Position numbers and translations under genes: made by a program. This document shows, piece after piece, positions 17,627 through 26,845 of a DNA stretch of 39,530 nt (position 1 is the stretch's first letter; each line of letters starts with the position of its first letter). Source of the stretch: Nitrospirota bacterium (GTDB lineage Bacteria > UBA2233); assembly GCA_011620345.1 (NCBI GenBank), contig WOZJ01000011.1, positions 1-39,530 of the forward strand. The letters run 5' to 3'. The notes under the pieces are model-generated. The model was not told the DNA's origin, searched no databases, and was given only the letters and a program-made list of their open reading frames with translations.

Positions 17627-19457
17627 AGGCTGGCGTACGGCCCTCGTCGTTTTCTTTATAGGCTGTGCGAGCACGCCTACACCCGCAGGACTTTCAACCC
17701 AAGAGTTGTTGCACAGGGCTGAGGGGTTTCTGGATAAAGGGGCCTACAAGGAGGCTCTCGAAGACTACGAAGCACTCCTTCAGAGGCCACTACCTCAAGA
17801 AATAGAGCGCGAGGCGCTTTACGAAGCAGGCCAGTTGGCTCTTCATGAGGGCAGGCCCAAAGAGGCCGCTTCTTACCTAAGCGAATACCTAAAGCATAAT
17901 CCTGACGCACAAGGTAAAGAGGAGGCTATCAAGAAACTGGCCTTGGCCTTGATGGACCTTCGGGATTACAGGGGTGCCAAAGCGTGGCTAACAAGGCTCG
18001 GCCCATCTAGGGACTGGCTCGTTCATGCCTACCTCTACAACGCCTCCAAAGGGCTTCAAGAGCCAAGGTCCGAAAAAATTGTCCATCTTGTTCGAGCGAT
18101 CGCCCTGGCCGAGGATGCAAAGGACCGAAGAGAGCTTGAAGGCCTACTACTCAAGGAGTTTGCAGACACAAGGGCTGCGGGGTTCCCTTTTTTGGTCGAA
18201 AAGAGGCAAGACCCGGAAGCCAAGGAGGCCGTCTTCTATGCGTGGCTTCTCAAGGCGCGCCAAGAAGAGAATTCTTCGGAGATTGCGCGCTGCCTCGGCG
18301 CCTGGCGAAAAGCCGGTGGGCCGAAGGTTCTTCCTGAGAATGTTTTGGGAGGGGTTGCTGTTCGAGGTGTTCCGGATGCCAGGCTAAAAGAGGCCCTCGA
18401 AAGGCCGCGCAAGAAAATTGGCATGCTTTTGCCTCTCAATGGTTCTTTTGCGCCGCTCGGGGCTGAAGCCCTTAGAGGGGCACTGCTCGGGGTTGGAGCT
18501 TTGGCGCTTCCTGGTTTTGAGTGCCCGGATATTGCGGAAGTTGTTTTTTTGGACACCTCGGAGGGTCCGTTTCTGGCCGAGCAGCGTTTGGAGGAATTTG
18601 CAAACAACCCGGATGCGGTATTGGCGATTGGCCCTGTTGTGAGCGACTTGGCGGTCCCATTGGCAAGCAGGGCCAATACCCGGGGGTTGCCCATCGTATT
18701 GCTGGCTCCAAGAGCAGGGCTGACTCGAGTCGGCCCCTGGACGTTCAGGAATGCCGTCCATGCAAAACTCCAGGCAAAAGCGCTCGTCGGGTATGCCCTT
18801 GGCTCAAAAAAGCTCGGCAGGTTTGCCGTTGCTTACTCGGACGATGCATTCGGCAGGGAGCTCTCGGAGGCGTTTTCTCAAACGCTCCAGGAGGCGGGCG
18901 GTGCGGTGTCTGCCAATATTCCTTACGGCCAAGGGGACGAGGAAGCGCTTCTTTCAGTGGCGCGGCGTATTGCTGCCGCCAGCCCCGAGGGCGTCTTTGT
19001 AGCCGATTCTCCAAGGCAGGGGGCTCACCTCATACGGGCTCTTCGTGGCATGCTAGGGCCTTCTGCCCTCATCCTTGCGGCCAACACCTTCAACGACCCG
19101 GATGAGGCAGGCAAAAATGGCTCAGACTTCGAGGGGGTCGTATTTGCGGACAGCTATGACGCAAGCGCCCCAAGCCGCGCTGTTCGGAGGTTTGAGTCTG
19201 GATTTGCCCAAACGTTCCACGTGGTTCCTAGCCCGCTTGCCGCGCGCACCTTCGATACGGTCGGCTTGGCCTTGCACGTCCTCGAGCCTTGCCTTGGCGT
19301 CTCTTCCGAGGTACGTAAATGTATCGCGGAAGGCTTGAGCGGGCTGTCCGTGTACATCGGGGTATCGAGCCCAATCCGTTTCGACGAAGACCGCGACCTT
19401 GCGGGGGATTTGTTCTTGTTTCAAATCCAGCAAGGCAGGATCGTACGCATTCCTTAG
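17613..19457 (+). CDS. Lipoprotein with N-terminal TPR repeats and C-terminal type-1 periplasmic-binding domain (LppC/LpoA-like PBP activator)
   Basis: Lipobox FIG-C; TPR-like helices; [31 protein letters not shown] motifs. Confidence 0.75.
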   Translation: MLSVRGWRTALVVFFIGCASTPTPAGLSTQELLHRAEGFLDKGAYKEALEDYEALLQRPLPQEIEREALYEAGQLALHEGRPKEAASYLSEYLKHNPDAQGKEEAIKKLALALMDLRDYRGAKAWLTRLGPSRDWLVHAYLYNASKGLQEPRSEKIVHLVRAIALAEDAKDRRELEGLLLKEFADTRAAGFPFLVEKRQDPEAKEAVFYAWLLKARQEENSSEIARCLGAWRKAGGPKVLPENVLGGVAVRGVPDARLKEALERPRKKIGMLLPLNGSFAPLGAEALRGALLGVGALALPGFECPDIAEVVFLDTSEGPFLAEQRLEEFANNPDAVLAIGPVVSDLAVPLASRANTRGLPIVLLAPRAGLTRVGPWTFRNAVHAKLQAKALVGYALGSKKLGRFAVAYSDDAFGRELSEAFSQTLQEAGGAVSANIPYGQGDEEALLSVARRIAAASPEGVFVADSPRQGAHLIRALRGMLGPSALILAANTFNDPDEAGKNGSDFEGVVFADSYDASAPSRAVRRFESGFAQTFHVVPSPLAARTFDTVGLALHVLEPCLGVSSEVRKCIAEGLSGLSVYIGVSSPIRFDEDRDLAGDLFLFQIQQGRIVRIP

Positions 19458-19467
19458 CCCTCATCGC

Positions 19468-19496
19468 TTGACACCCCCCATTTTGTGGTTTTACTT
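19468..19496 (+). promoter_or_regulatory. Putative sigma70 promoter of lon
   Basis: Perfect TTGACA followed 16-17 nt later by a weak -10 (TTTACT/TTACTT), in the 94-nt intergenic gap. Confidence 0.4.
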
Positions 19497-19551
19497 GGAA
19501 GAGAGGTCCATCGAAAATTCAAGCAACTTGCGATAAGGAGTTTTTTAAACA

Positions 19552-21945
19552 ATGACTGATGAAACTCGAGAGCAAAAGGAAAAAGACATCGACGTTCCGG
19601 AGGTCTTGGCCGTTTTGCCCATCCGGGATGTCGTCGTGTTCCCGATGATCTCGCTCCCTTTGTTCGTCGGGAGGCCGAGTTCGGTGATGGCACTCGAGCA
19701 CGCTCTCGGAAGTCACAAGCTCGTCCTCCTCGTAGCCCAAAAGGACGGGTCTATAGAGAATCCTGCGCTTGGTGACCTTTTTGAGGTAGGGACCGTTGCA
19801 AGCGTAGTTCGAATGCTCAAGCTCCCCGATGGGAGGGTCAAAGTCCTCATTCAAGGCCATAAACGGGCGCGCATTCTTGAGCTTGCCCAGGAAGAGCCCT
19901 TCCTATCCGTTAGGGTAGAGGTACTTGAAGAGCCGAAGCTTACCGATATCCCGCTCGAGGTTGAGGCGCTTATGCGCAACGTGAAAGAAAAGATCGAAAA
20001 GATTATCCAGTTGCGAGACATGCCATTAGAGATCATGGCCGTCGTGAACAACATCGCGGAGCCAGGTGTTTTGGCCGATTTGGTTGCCTCGAACTTAAGG
20101 CTCAAGATCGAGGAGTGGCAAGCCGTACTCGAGCTCTTGGACCCCGTACAGCGGCTTGGCAAGGTGGACGGGTACCTTGCCAAGGAGGTAGCGCTCTCCC
20201 AGATGCAGACCAAGCTTCAGAATCAGGTCAAAGAAGAGATCGACAAAACCCAAAGGGAGTATTTTCTAAGGGGTCAACTCAAGGCGATTCAAGACGAGCT
20301 CGGCGAGTCCGATAGCAAGCTACAAGAGATCGAGGAGTACAACAAGCGGATAGAGAAGGCGAAGATGCCGAAGAAGGCCAAGGAGGAGGCCGAACGGCAG
20401 CTCAAGCGGCTAGAGACGATGCATCCCGATTCGGCCGAAGCCTCGATCATTCGAACATATCTTGACTGGCTCGTGGAGCTCCCCTGGGGCGTCTCCATGA
20501 AGGAAAACTTAGGACTCAAAGACGCCAAGCGAGTGTTGGACGAAGACCACTACAATTTAGAGAAGGTCAAAGAGAGAATTCTCGAATTCTTGGCGGTCAG
20601 GAAACTAAAGAAATCGGCCAAGGGGCCGATTCTTTGCTTTGTCGGTCCTCCTGGTGTAGGAAAGACCTCTTTGGGGAAATCCATCGCGAGGGCGATGGGA
20701 AGAAAATTCGTTCGTCTCTCTTTGGGCGGCATGAGGGACGAAGCAGAAATTCGGGGTCACCGCAGGACGTATATCGGGGCGATGCCGGGCCAGATCGTCC
20801 AGCAGATCAAGAATGCAGGGTCCAACAACCCCGTGTTCATGCTGGACGAGGTCGACAAAATCGGCATGGATTTTCGGGGGGATCCATCCTCTGCCCTCTT
20901 GGAAGTGCTCGACCCCGAGCAGAATCACAGCTTCATGGACCACTACCTGGGCGTACCGTTCGACCTCTCGAAGGTTATGTTCGTTGCGACGGCCAACGTG
21001 CTCGACACGGTTCCGGGCGCGCTACGCGACAGGATGGAGGTGATCTCGATTCCAGGCTATACCCCGGATGAAAAGCTGAGGATTGCCAAGAGCTACATCG
21101 TCCCCCGCCAGCTCGAGGCCAACGGGCTCGAGCCAGGCCAGGTGGTGTTTTCAGAGGATGCGCTCAAGCTATTGATTGAGGAGTACACAAGAGAGGCTGG
21201 CTTGCGCAACCTAGAGCGGGAGATCGCCTCCATTTTGCGGAAGGTCGCCAAAGAAGTGGCCGAGGGGAAGCGAAAGAAGGCGTTCATCTCGGTTGCCAAA
21301 GCGCGCAGGTACTTGGGCCCGGCCAAATACCTGGGTCAGGAAAAGCTCGATAAAGAAGAGATAGGCGTGGCCACGGGGCTTGCATGGACTGCGGCCGGGG
21401 GCGAGATCCTTCACGTCGAGGTTAGCCTGGCCAAAGGGAAGGGAACCTTGACGCTTACGGGACAGTTGGGCGAGGTAATGAAGGAGTCGGCGCAGGCCGC
21501 CTTGAGCTACGCTAGGGCTCACGCCAAGGAGTACGGCATCGATGAGGACTTCTATCAGCACCTCGACATCCATATCCACGTTCCGGCAGGTGCGATCCCT
21601 AAGGACGGCCCGTCGGCCGGCGTGACGATCGTGGCGGCCTTGATAAGCGCGCTGTCCAAGATTCCCGTCAAGAAAGATGTAGCGATGACGGGAGAGATTA
21701 CGCTAAGGGGTAGGGTTCTTCCTGTGGGTGGAATCAAAGAGAAGGTGCTTGGCGCGCTCCAAGCGGGCATCCGAGCCGTGGTCCTGCCCTTCGAGAACGA
21801 GCCGGACTTTGAGGAGGTCCCTCCAAAGATTCGTAAGGAGATCTCGCCCATCTACGTAAAAAGCGTGGACGAGGTGTTGAAAAACGTGCTCGCGTTCGAC
21901 GTGCTCCAAAAGCAGGATATGGAACTCGCCAGGGCTTCCGTGTAG
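19552..21945 (+). CDS. lon: ATP-dependent Lon protease
   Basis: LON N-domain, Walker A GPPGVGKTS, RDEAEIRGHRRTYIG, catalytic PKDGPSAG and GGIKEK. Confidence 0.98.
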   Translation: MTDETREQKEKDIDVPEVLAVLPIRDVVVFPMISLPLFVGRPSSVMALEHALGSHKLVLLVAQKDGSIENPALGDLFEVGTVASVVRMLKLPDGRVKVLIQGHKRARILELAQEEPFLSVRVEVLEEPKLTDIPLEVEALMRNVKEKIEKIIQLRDMPLEIMAVVNNIAEPGVLADLVASNLRLKIEEWQAVLELLDPVQRLGKVDGYLAKEVALSQMQTKLQNQVKEEIDKTQREYFLRGQLKAIQDELGESDSKLQEIEEYNKRIEKAKMPKKAKEEAERQLKRLETMHPDSAEASIIRTYLDWLVELPWGVSMKENLGLKDAKRVLDEDHYNLEKVKERILEFLAVRKLKKSAKGPILCFVGPPGVGKTSLGKSIARAMGRKFVRLSLGGMRDEAEIRGHRRTYIGAMPGQIVQQIKNAGSNNPVFMLDEVDKIGMDFRGDPSSALLEVLDPEQNHSFMDHYLGVPFDLSKVMFVATANVLDTVPGALRDRMEVISIPGYTPDEKLRIAKSYIVPRQLEANGLEPGQVVFSEDALKLLIEEYTREAGLRNLEREIASILRKVAKEVAEGKRKKAFISVAKARRYLGPAKYLGQEKLDKEEIGVATGLAWTAAGGEILHVEVSLAKGKGTLTLTGQLGEVMKESAQAALSYARAHAKEYGIDEDFYQHLDIHIHVPAGAIPKDGPSAGVTIVAALISALSKIPVKKDVAMTGEITLRGRVLPVGGIKEKVLGALQAGIRAVVLPFENEPDFEEVPPKIRKEISPIYVKSVDEVLKNVLAFDVLQKQDMELARASV

Positions 21946-21951
21946 CCCTTC

Positions 21952-23004
21952 ATGGCAGCAGATAGCTCGCTTCGTGCGCTTGGTGAGTTCGGCCTGATCG
22001 CTAGGGTCGAGGAGGGGCTAGCGAGGGAAAACTCCAAAACCTTCTTGAGCGTTCTTAAGGGAATCGGCGACGATGCGGCTGTATGCAAACTTAGAGAAGA
22101 AGGAAGCCTGCTCGTCACGACCGACTTGTTGATTGAGGGGGTTCATTTCGACCTTGCCTACGAGTCCCCGGAAACCATCGGGTTCAAGGCGTTGGCCGTT
22201 AACGCGAGCGATATCGGTGCGATGGGGGGAGAGCCTTGGGGGTTTGTGCTGGCGTTGGCCCTTCCTTCAGGCTTTTCCAAAGACTGGCTCGATCGGTTCT
22301 TAAGCGGGATGGCGGCGTTCCAGGATGCGCATCCATGCATTGCTTTGGGGGGGGATACTTCCAAGAGCCCGGGCGGGGCGTTCCTTTGCGTCACGTTTTT
22401 AGGGAGGCTTCCTCAATCTTCCAAGCTTTTGGCGAGAGACGGGGCTAGACCTGGCGACAGGATTCTCGTAACGGGAATCCCGGGCAGCTCTGCCCTCGGG
22501 CTGAATCTTCTTAAGCGTTTTGGGCCTTCTGCGCTGGAAAACCAAGAAGCGCGGCCGTTTGTCGAAGCTTATCTAAAGCCGCGCCCACCTCTCGTGTTTG
22601 CGAAAGAAGTCGCCCAAAAAGGGCTTGCAAACGCCGCCATTGACATCTCCGACGGGCTGGTTCAGGATCTTGGTCATATCGCCCGCCTCTCCAACCTCCG
22701 GGCCTTCCTCGAGCTAGAATCCATTCCCATGGAAGGGCTCGAGCCTATGTCTTGCATGTTAGGAATCGAGGCATCGGACCTGGCGCTGGCCGGTGGAGAA
22801 GATTATGGGCTGATCCTTTCCGTACCCGCCCATTCCCTAAAAGAGGTTCAGCGCCTGGGAAAACGCCTCAACGTCGTGGTGCACGAGGTGGGCCGCTTTG
22901 AAAGAGGCGAGCAGGGGGTGTATACCTGCAAAGAGGGCCAGGCCCCTTCCAGGCTTAAAAAGGGAGGTTACGAACATTTCCGAGATGAAAGCGCGCATCC
23001 TTGA
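21952..23004 (+). CDS. thiL: Thiamine-monophosphate kinase
   Basis: LGEFGLI, GIGDDAAV, TTD..EGVHF, VNASDIGAMGG, GGDT, IDISDGL, GGEDY. Confidence 0.95.
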   Translation: MAADSSLRALGEFGLIARVEEGLARENSKTFLSVLKGIGDDAAVCKLREEGSLLVTTDLLIEGVHFDLAYESPETIGFKALAVNASDIGAMGGEPWGFVLALALPSGFSKDWLDRFLSGMAAFQDAHPCIALGGDTSKSPGGAFLCVTFLGRLPQSSKLLARDGARPGDRILVTGIPGSSALGLNLLKRFGPSALENQEARPFVEAYLKPRPPLVFAKEVAQKGLANAAIDISDGLVQDLGHIARLSNLRAFLELESIPMEGLEPMSCMLGIEASDLALAGGEDYGLILSVPAHSLKEVQRLGKRLNVVVHEVGRFERGEQGVYTCKEGQAPSRLKKGGYEHFRDESAHP

Positions 23005-23743
23005 GCTGTTCGAGCAAGTCCGCAATGGGGCGATTCAGCCCGAGGCGGCGGTAGAACAGCTCAAGTTTTTGCCCTTCGAGGATATCGGCATTGCCAGGGT
23101 TGATACCCACAGGGAGCTAAGACAAGGCTTCCCCGAGCTTATCTACGGCAAGGATAAAGACTTCGAATCGATCCAGCGGATTGCCGAGGCAATGTATGGC
23201 CTGCCTTCCCCCGTTCTTGTCACAAGGCTCTCCCCGTTTAAGGCGAGCAGGCTTTTGAAGGCGTTCCCCGACGCGCAATACTTCCCAAAGGCAAGGATTC
23301 TTAGGCTTAACGAACGCTACATCCGCCCCCAAAACCTTGGGACTGTCGGGTTGGTTTCTGCGGGAACGTCGGATGGCCCCGTGCTCGAAGAGGCCTGCAT
23401 CACGCTCGAGACGTTGGGCGTGAAGACGGAAGTGCTCTTCGATGTGGGCGTTGCCGGGGTTCATCGGCTCTTTCCGGAGATCGAACGGCTCCAGACTTGC
23501 CGTGTACTGATCGCGATCGCGGGCATGGAGGGCGCTCTGGCGAGCCTGCTGGGGGGGATGTTCGAAGCGCCCGTTCTCGCCGTCCCGACCTCGTGCGGGT
23601 ATGGGAGCCATTTGAACGGCTTTACCCCTTTGCTTGCAATGCTGACGAGCTGTGCCAACCTGGCCGTCTTTAACATCGACAACGGCGTGGGCGCGGCCTT
23701 GTTCGCGTTCCGCGTGCTAAAGGCCCAAGTGGCGAAGTCATGA
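22985..23743 (+). CDS. larB: Nickel-pincer cofactor biosynthesis carboxylase/hydrolase LarB
   Basis: D.HRELRQGFPE, AGTSD, DVGVAGVHRL, AGMEGAL, VPTS.GYG, ML.SCA, NIDNG.GAA; start at ATG 22985. Confidence 0.92.
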   Translation: MKARILELFEQVRNGAIQPEAAVEQLKFLPFEDIGIARVDTHRELRQGFPELIYGKDKDFESIQRIAEAMYGLPSPVLVTRLSPFKASRLLKAFPDAQYFPKARILRLNERYIRPQNLGTVGLVSAGTSDGPVLEEACITLETLGVKTEVLFDVGVAGVHRLFPEIERLQTCRVLIAIAGMEGALASLLGGMFEAPVLAVPTSCGYGSHLNGFTPLLAMLTSCANLAVFNIDNGVGAALFAFRVLKAQVAKS

Positions 23744-24933
23744 GCAAAAAGATCCTCGTTTTGGAGTGCATCGGGGGAATCTCTGGGAACATGATGCTCG
23801 GAGCGCTAGTAGATCTCGGGCTTGAGCTAGGTCCGCTCGAATCAGAGCTCAAACGTCTCGGCATTGAAGGCTTTGAGATCATCCTAAAAAAAGAGGCCAG
23901 GGAGGGGATCGCGGGGGCTTACCTGGACGTGGCCCCTACGGGTTCCTCGAAGGACGAAGAAGTGCCGTATTCCAGGATCCGGGCTTTTTTGGGAGGCCTG
24001 CCAAGGTCGCCCTATATCCAGAGGGCCGTGCTAGCCTTTGATGCGCTCGCCGTGGCCGAGGCCAAGGTGCACGGGACAACCCCCGAAGCGGTACACTTTC
24101 ACGAGTTAGGGGCCGTTGATGCGCTCGTCGATATCCTAGGGAATGCCTTGGCGCTCGATTGGCTGGGCGTAGGGGAAGTGTTCTGCATGGAAGTTCCCGT
24201 TGGCCAGGGCTTGGTTCAAACCAGGCACGGAGCCTATCCCTCGCCGGCCCCTGCAACACTCGAGCTTTTAAAGGGTTTTCGCCTCCTTTGGAGGGATGTC
24301 CCCCACGAGATGGTGACTCCGACGGGCGCCGTGCTGCTTAAGACCTTTGTTCGACGTCCAGGGGTGTTGCCATGCCCTTTTGTCCTTGAAAAAACGGGCT
24401 ACGGGCTCGGAACGGCCCATTTTCCCGGCCTACCCAACGTCTTGAGGGCAACGCTCGGCAATGCCTGTCACGAGGGCGGAGGCGAGGATGGCCTGCAACA
24501 AGACTCCGTTTGGGAGCTAGCCTTTCAGGTTGACGATATGACCCCAGAAGAAGTCCAATGGGCGCTTCAGGCGTTGATGGATGCGGGAGCGCTGGATGTA
24601 TTCCTAAGCCAGGGGTTGATGAAGAAAGGGCGTCCAGGGTTCCTGCTCGAAGTGCTGGTATCCCAAGAGAACAAAGAGGCGATCGTTTCGTGGGTTCTTA
24701 AAAACACCTCGAGCTGGGGGGTGCGTGAATCTTGGCGGACCAGAAGCATTCTTTCGAGGCAAGAGCGTGAAGTCCAGACATCGATGGGCTCAGTACGCCT
24801 TAAAGCCTCGGTCGGCTTTGTCCAGAAGGAGAAAGTCGCGTTCGATGACGTCTGCCGGATCGCGGGCGAGCTTGGGCAAAGCCCTAGAAGTATTCTCGAT
24901 CGCATAAAGCGCGAGCTCGACGGCAACCATTAA
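23740..24933 (+). CDS. larC: Nickel-pincer cofactor nickel insertase LarC (divergent)
   Basis: GISG.M.LGAL.DLG, AEAKVHG...HFHELGAVD..VDI, HG..P.PAPAT, E.VTPTGA, VDDM, MKKGRPG; single uninterrupted ORF. Confidence 0.9.
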   Translation: MSKKILVLECIGGISGNMMLGALVDLGLELGPLESELKRLGIEGFEIILKKEAREGIAGAYLDVAPTGSSKDEEVPYSRIRAFLGGLPRSPYIQRAVLAFDALAVAEAKVHGTTPEAVHFHELGAVDALVDILGNALALDWLGVGEVFCMEVPVGQGLVQTRHGAYPSPAPATLELLKGFRLLWRDVPHEMVTPTGAVLLKTFVRRPGVLPCPFVLEKTGYGLGTAHFPGLPNVLRATLGNACHEGGGEDGLQQDSVWELAFQVDDMTPEEVQWALQALMDAGALDVFLSQGLMKKGRPGFLLEVLVSQENKEAIVSWVLKNTSSWGVRESWRTRSILSRQEREVQTSMGSVRLKASVGFVQKEKVAFDDVCRIAGELGQSPRSILDRIKRELDGNH

Positions 24934-25511
24934 GAAAGCCTTTTTAAGCTGTACGCGATGCGCTGAAAGATCGTTACGAATGACAGCACGAGCATGGCCC
25001 AAAGTGCCGGCTTTAACACCCCGAAGAGAAGCCCGATAATCAGGAGGGCCATTCGGTGAGGCCGCTCGAGCACCCCCACCTTGCATGCTTGGAGGAATTG
25101 CTCCGCCTTTGCCCGAATGTATGGGGTAATTAGCGCGCCGGCCATGCTTGCCGCAACCAAGAGAGCGCCGGGCCGGTCGTTAAGGACTGAATAATGCCAT
25201 AAGAGGCCAAAGAACAGGGCTGCATCGGCCAAGCGATCCAGACAGGAATCGAGGAAAGCTCCCCTTCTGCTCTCCAGCCCTAGGGTTCTTGCCGCGTATC
25301 CGTCGAACACGTCCATCAGGCCCGAGGCAAGAACAAGAATCCCTCCCCAGCCCATAAGCCCGTTTGCAAGGAGCAAGGAGGCCAAAAGCGCAAACAAAAG
25401 CCCGGTAGCGCTGAGCCAAGATGGCGTCAAACCCGGGATGTGCCGCAAGATGCCAGTCATCGGGGCGAGGAGTCGGTCGGTTGTGGCTCTATCGGGCATC
25501 CAATAGTTCAT
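24930..25511 (-). CDS. CDP-alcohol phosphatidyltransferase (phosphatidylinositol-phosphate-synthase-like)
   Basis: Signature DVFDGYAAR..G...GAFLDSCLDRLAD; YIRAKAE..VG..ERP motif; AAAGGGA RBS before ATG 25511, so the track's upstream extension is unlikely. Confidence 0.88.
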   Translation of the reverse strand: MNYWMPDRATTDRLLAPMTGILRHIPGLTPSWLSATGLLFALLASLLLANGLMGWGGILVLASGLMDVFDGYAARTLGLESRRGAFLDSCLDRLADAALFFGLLWHYSVLNDRPGALLVAASMAGALITPYIRAKAEQFLQACKVGVLERPHRMALLIIGLLFGVLKPALWAMLVLSFVTIFQRIAYSLKRLS

Positions 25512-25611
25512 AATGTCCCTTTCTTTATCGCGGTCCTTATGGTTGGTGAAATAACAAGGGCTCTGATACTCTATATACATGAAAGAGGCTGTTTCAGGCC
25601 AGGGCATACGG

Positions 25612-25767
25612 ATGTCTCGAACCTTCGTATGGGTTGCCGGGGCAGGGTTGGCGACGGATGCCTTGCGGACCATCGCCAGGCAGTGCTCGGTACTCGCCAA
25701 CGGGGGGCAGGGCGGTCTCATGCAGGAAGCCTCCAAAGGGACGAGCGATGCGGAGAGATTGGCATGA
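25612..25767 (+). pseudogene. Probable truncated remnant of a LOG/TIGR00725-family Rossmann-fold gene
   Basis: MSRTFVWVAGAG...IARQCSVLANGGQGGLMQEASKG resembles the family N-terminus (IGVIGAG...IA..G.VL..GG.GG.M.AA.KG) but stops at 51 aa; its TGA overlaps the gloA ATG. Confidence 0.5.
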
Positions 25768-26153
25768 GGTTGTTGCATACGATGATTCGGGTCGCAGACC
25801 TTGATGCTTCCCTTGATTTTTACATAAATAAGCTGGGGATGCGTCTCTTAAGAAAAAAAGACTACCCGGAAGGCCGGTTTACGCTGGCCTTTGTTGGTTA
25901 CGAGGACGAGAAAGCGGGCGCGGTAATCGAGTTGACGTACAACTGGGATATCAAGGCCTATGACTTAGGGGATGGCTTCGGCCACGTTGCGGTCAGCGTC
26001 CCGGATATCTACGCCTTTTGCAAGTCTCTTGAGAGAAATGGGGTGAAGATTGTCCGTGAGCCCGGGCCCATGAAGCATGGAACGACCGTGATCGCCTTCA
26101 TCGAGGACCCGACGGGCTACAGAATCGAGCTCATCCAAGAAGAAATCCAATAA
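25764..26153 (+). CDS. gloA: Lactoylglutathione lyase (glyoxalase I, short type)
   Basis: MRLLHTMIRV.DL..SLDFY, ELTYNW, GFGHVA, REPGPMK.GTTVIAFIEDP.GY.IELI; 129 aa. Confidence 0.96.
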   Translation: MRLLHTMIRVADLDASLDFYINKLGMRLLRKKDYPEGRFTLAFVGYEDEKAGAVIELTYNWDIKAYDLGDGFGHVAVSVPDIYAFCKSLERNGVKIVREPGPMKHGTTVIAFIEDPTGYRIELIQEEIQ

Positions 26154-26164
26154 AGGGGCGCGTG

Positions 26165-26653
26165 ATGGATCTTCGGTTTGAGCGGGTTGCGCTCGAAAAG
26201 CCAGAGCATGTAAACGTGATCGTAGGCCAGGCGCATTTCATCAAGACCGTCGAAGACCTTCACGAGACGCTGGCCACGCATACACCCGCTGCAAAGTTTG
26301 GGCTTGCCTTCGTGGAAAGCTCCGGCCCTTGCCTTGTGCGCGTTTCGGGAAACGACGCCGTGATGAGTGAATTAGCGGCCCGGAATGCGCTTAGGGTAGG
26401 GGCAGGGCATACCTTCTACATCTTTTTGGACGGGGCGTTTCCCATTGCGGTCCTAAACGCCATCAAGGGAGTCCAAGAGGTTTGCCTGGTTTACTGCGCT
26501 ACGGCAAACCCCCTTGAAATCATCGTGGCCGAGAGTGCGCAGGGCCGGGGGATCGTGGGCGTTATCGACGGCCAAGCTCCGAAAGGCATCGAGGCGGATG
26601 AGGACAAGGCCAAGCGCAAAGAGCTTTTACGGCAATTCGGCTATAAGGCTTAG
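26165..26653 (+). CDS. Adenosine-specific kinase family protein (DUF355)
   Basis: NVIVGQAHFIKTVEDL, FGLAF.ESSGPCLVR, GAGH.F, CATANP, GRGIVGVIDG, RKELLR.FGYK. Confidence 0.9.
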   Translation: MDLRFERVALEKPEHVNVIVGQAHFIKTVEDLHETLATHTPAAKFGLAFVESSGPCLVRVSGNDAVMSELAARNALRVGAGHTFYIFLDGAFPIAVLNAIKGVQEVCLVYCATANPLEIIVAESAQGRGIVGVIDGQAPKGIEADEDKAKRKELLRQFGYKA

Positions 26654-26663
26654 GACGCCAGTA

Positions 26664-26840
26664 ATGGGAATAAACGCGTTTCAAGAATGCATAGTTTGTG
26701 CTTGGAGGGCTGTCTGTGCCAAGCGTTTCCAGAAACGTGCAGGGGTTGCGCGTTTCTGCGAAGATTTTTCCGAAGACAAAACGCTTAGGCCTCTAAATAC
26801 CGACGAAACGGCTTCCAAGTCTTTCTTCGAGGAGAATTGA
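26664..26840 (+). CDS. Small 4-Cys hypothetical protein (58 aa), putative metal-binding
   Basis: AGGA upstream of ATG; C-x2-C-AWR-x2-C-x-K-R-F...C-E-D-F; fills the gap between the adenosine kinase gene and argS on the same strand. Confidence 0.65.
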   Translation: MGINAFQECIVCAWRAVCAKRFQKRAGVARFCEDFSEDKTLRPLNTDETASKSFFEEN

Positions 26841-26845
26841 TCCGC

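Noticed and set aside
25440-25778. Long N-terminal extensions of gloA (from 25440) and of the CDP-alcohol transferase (from 25778)
   Set aside because: The extensions overlap each other and carry no domain signal; family-typical starts exist at 25764 and 25511.
22985-26153. A dedicated nickel module linking larBC and gloA
   Set aside because: Short glyoxalases I are often Ni-activated, but an inverted gene separates them and no Ni transporter or regulator is present; proximity alone is insufficient.
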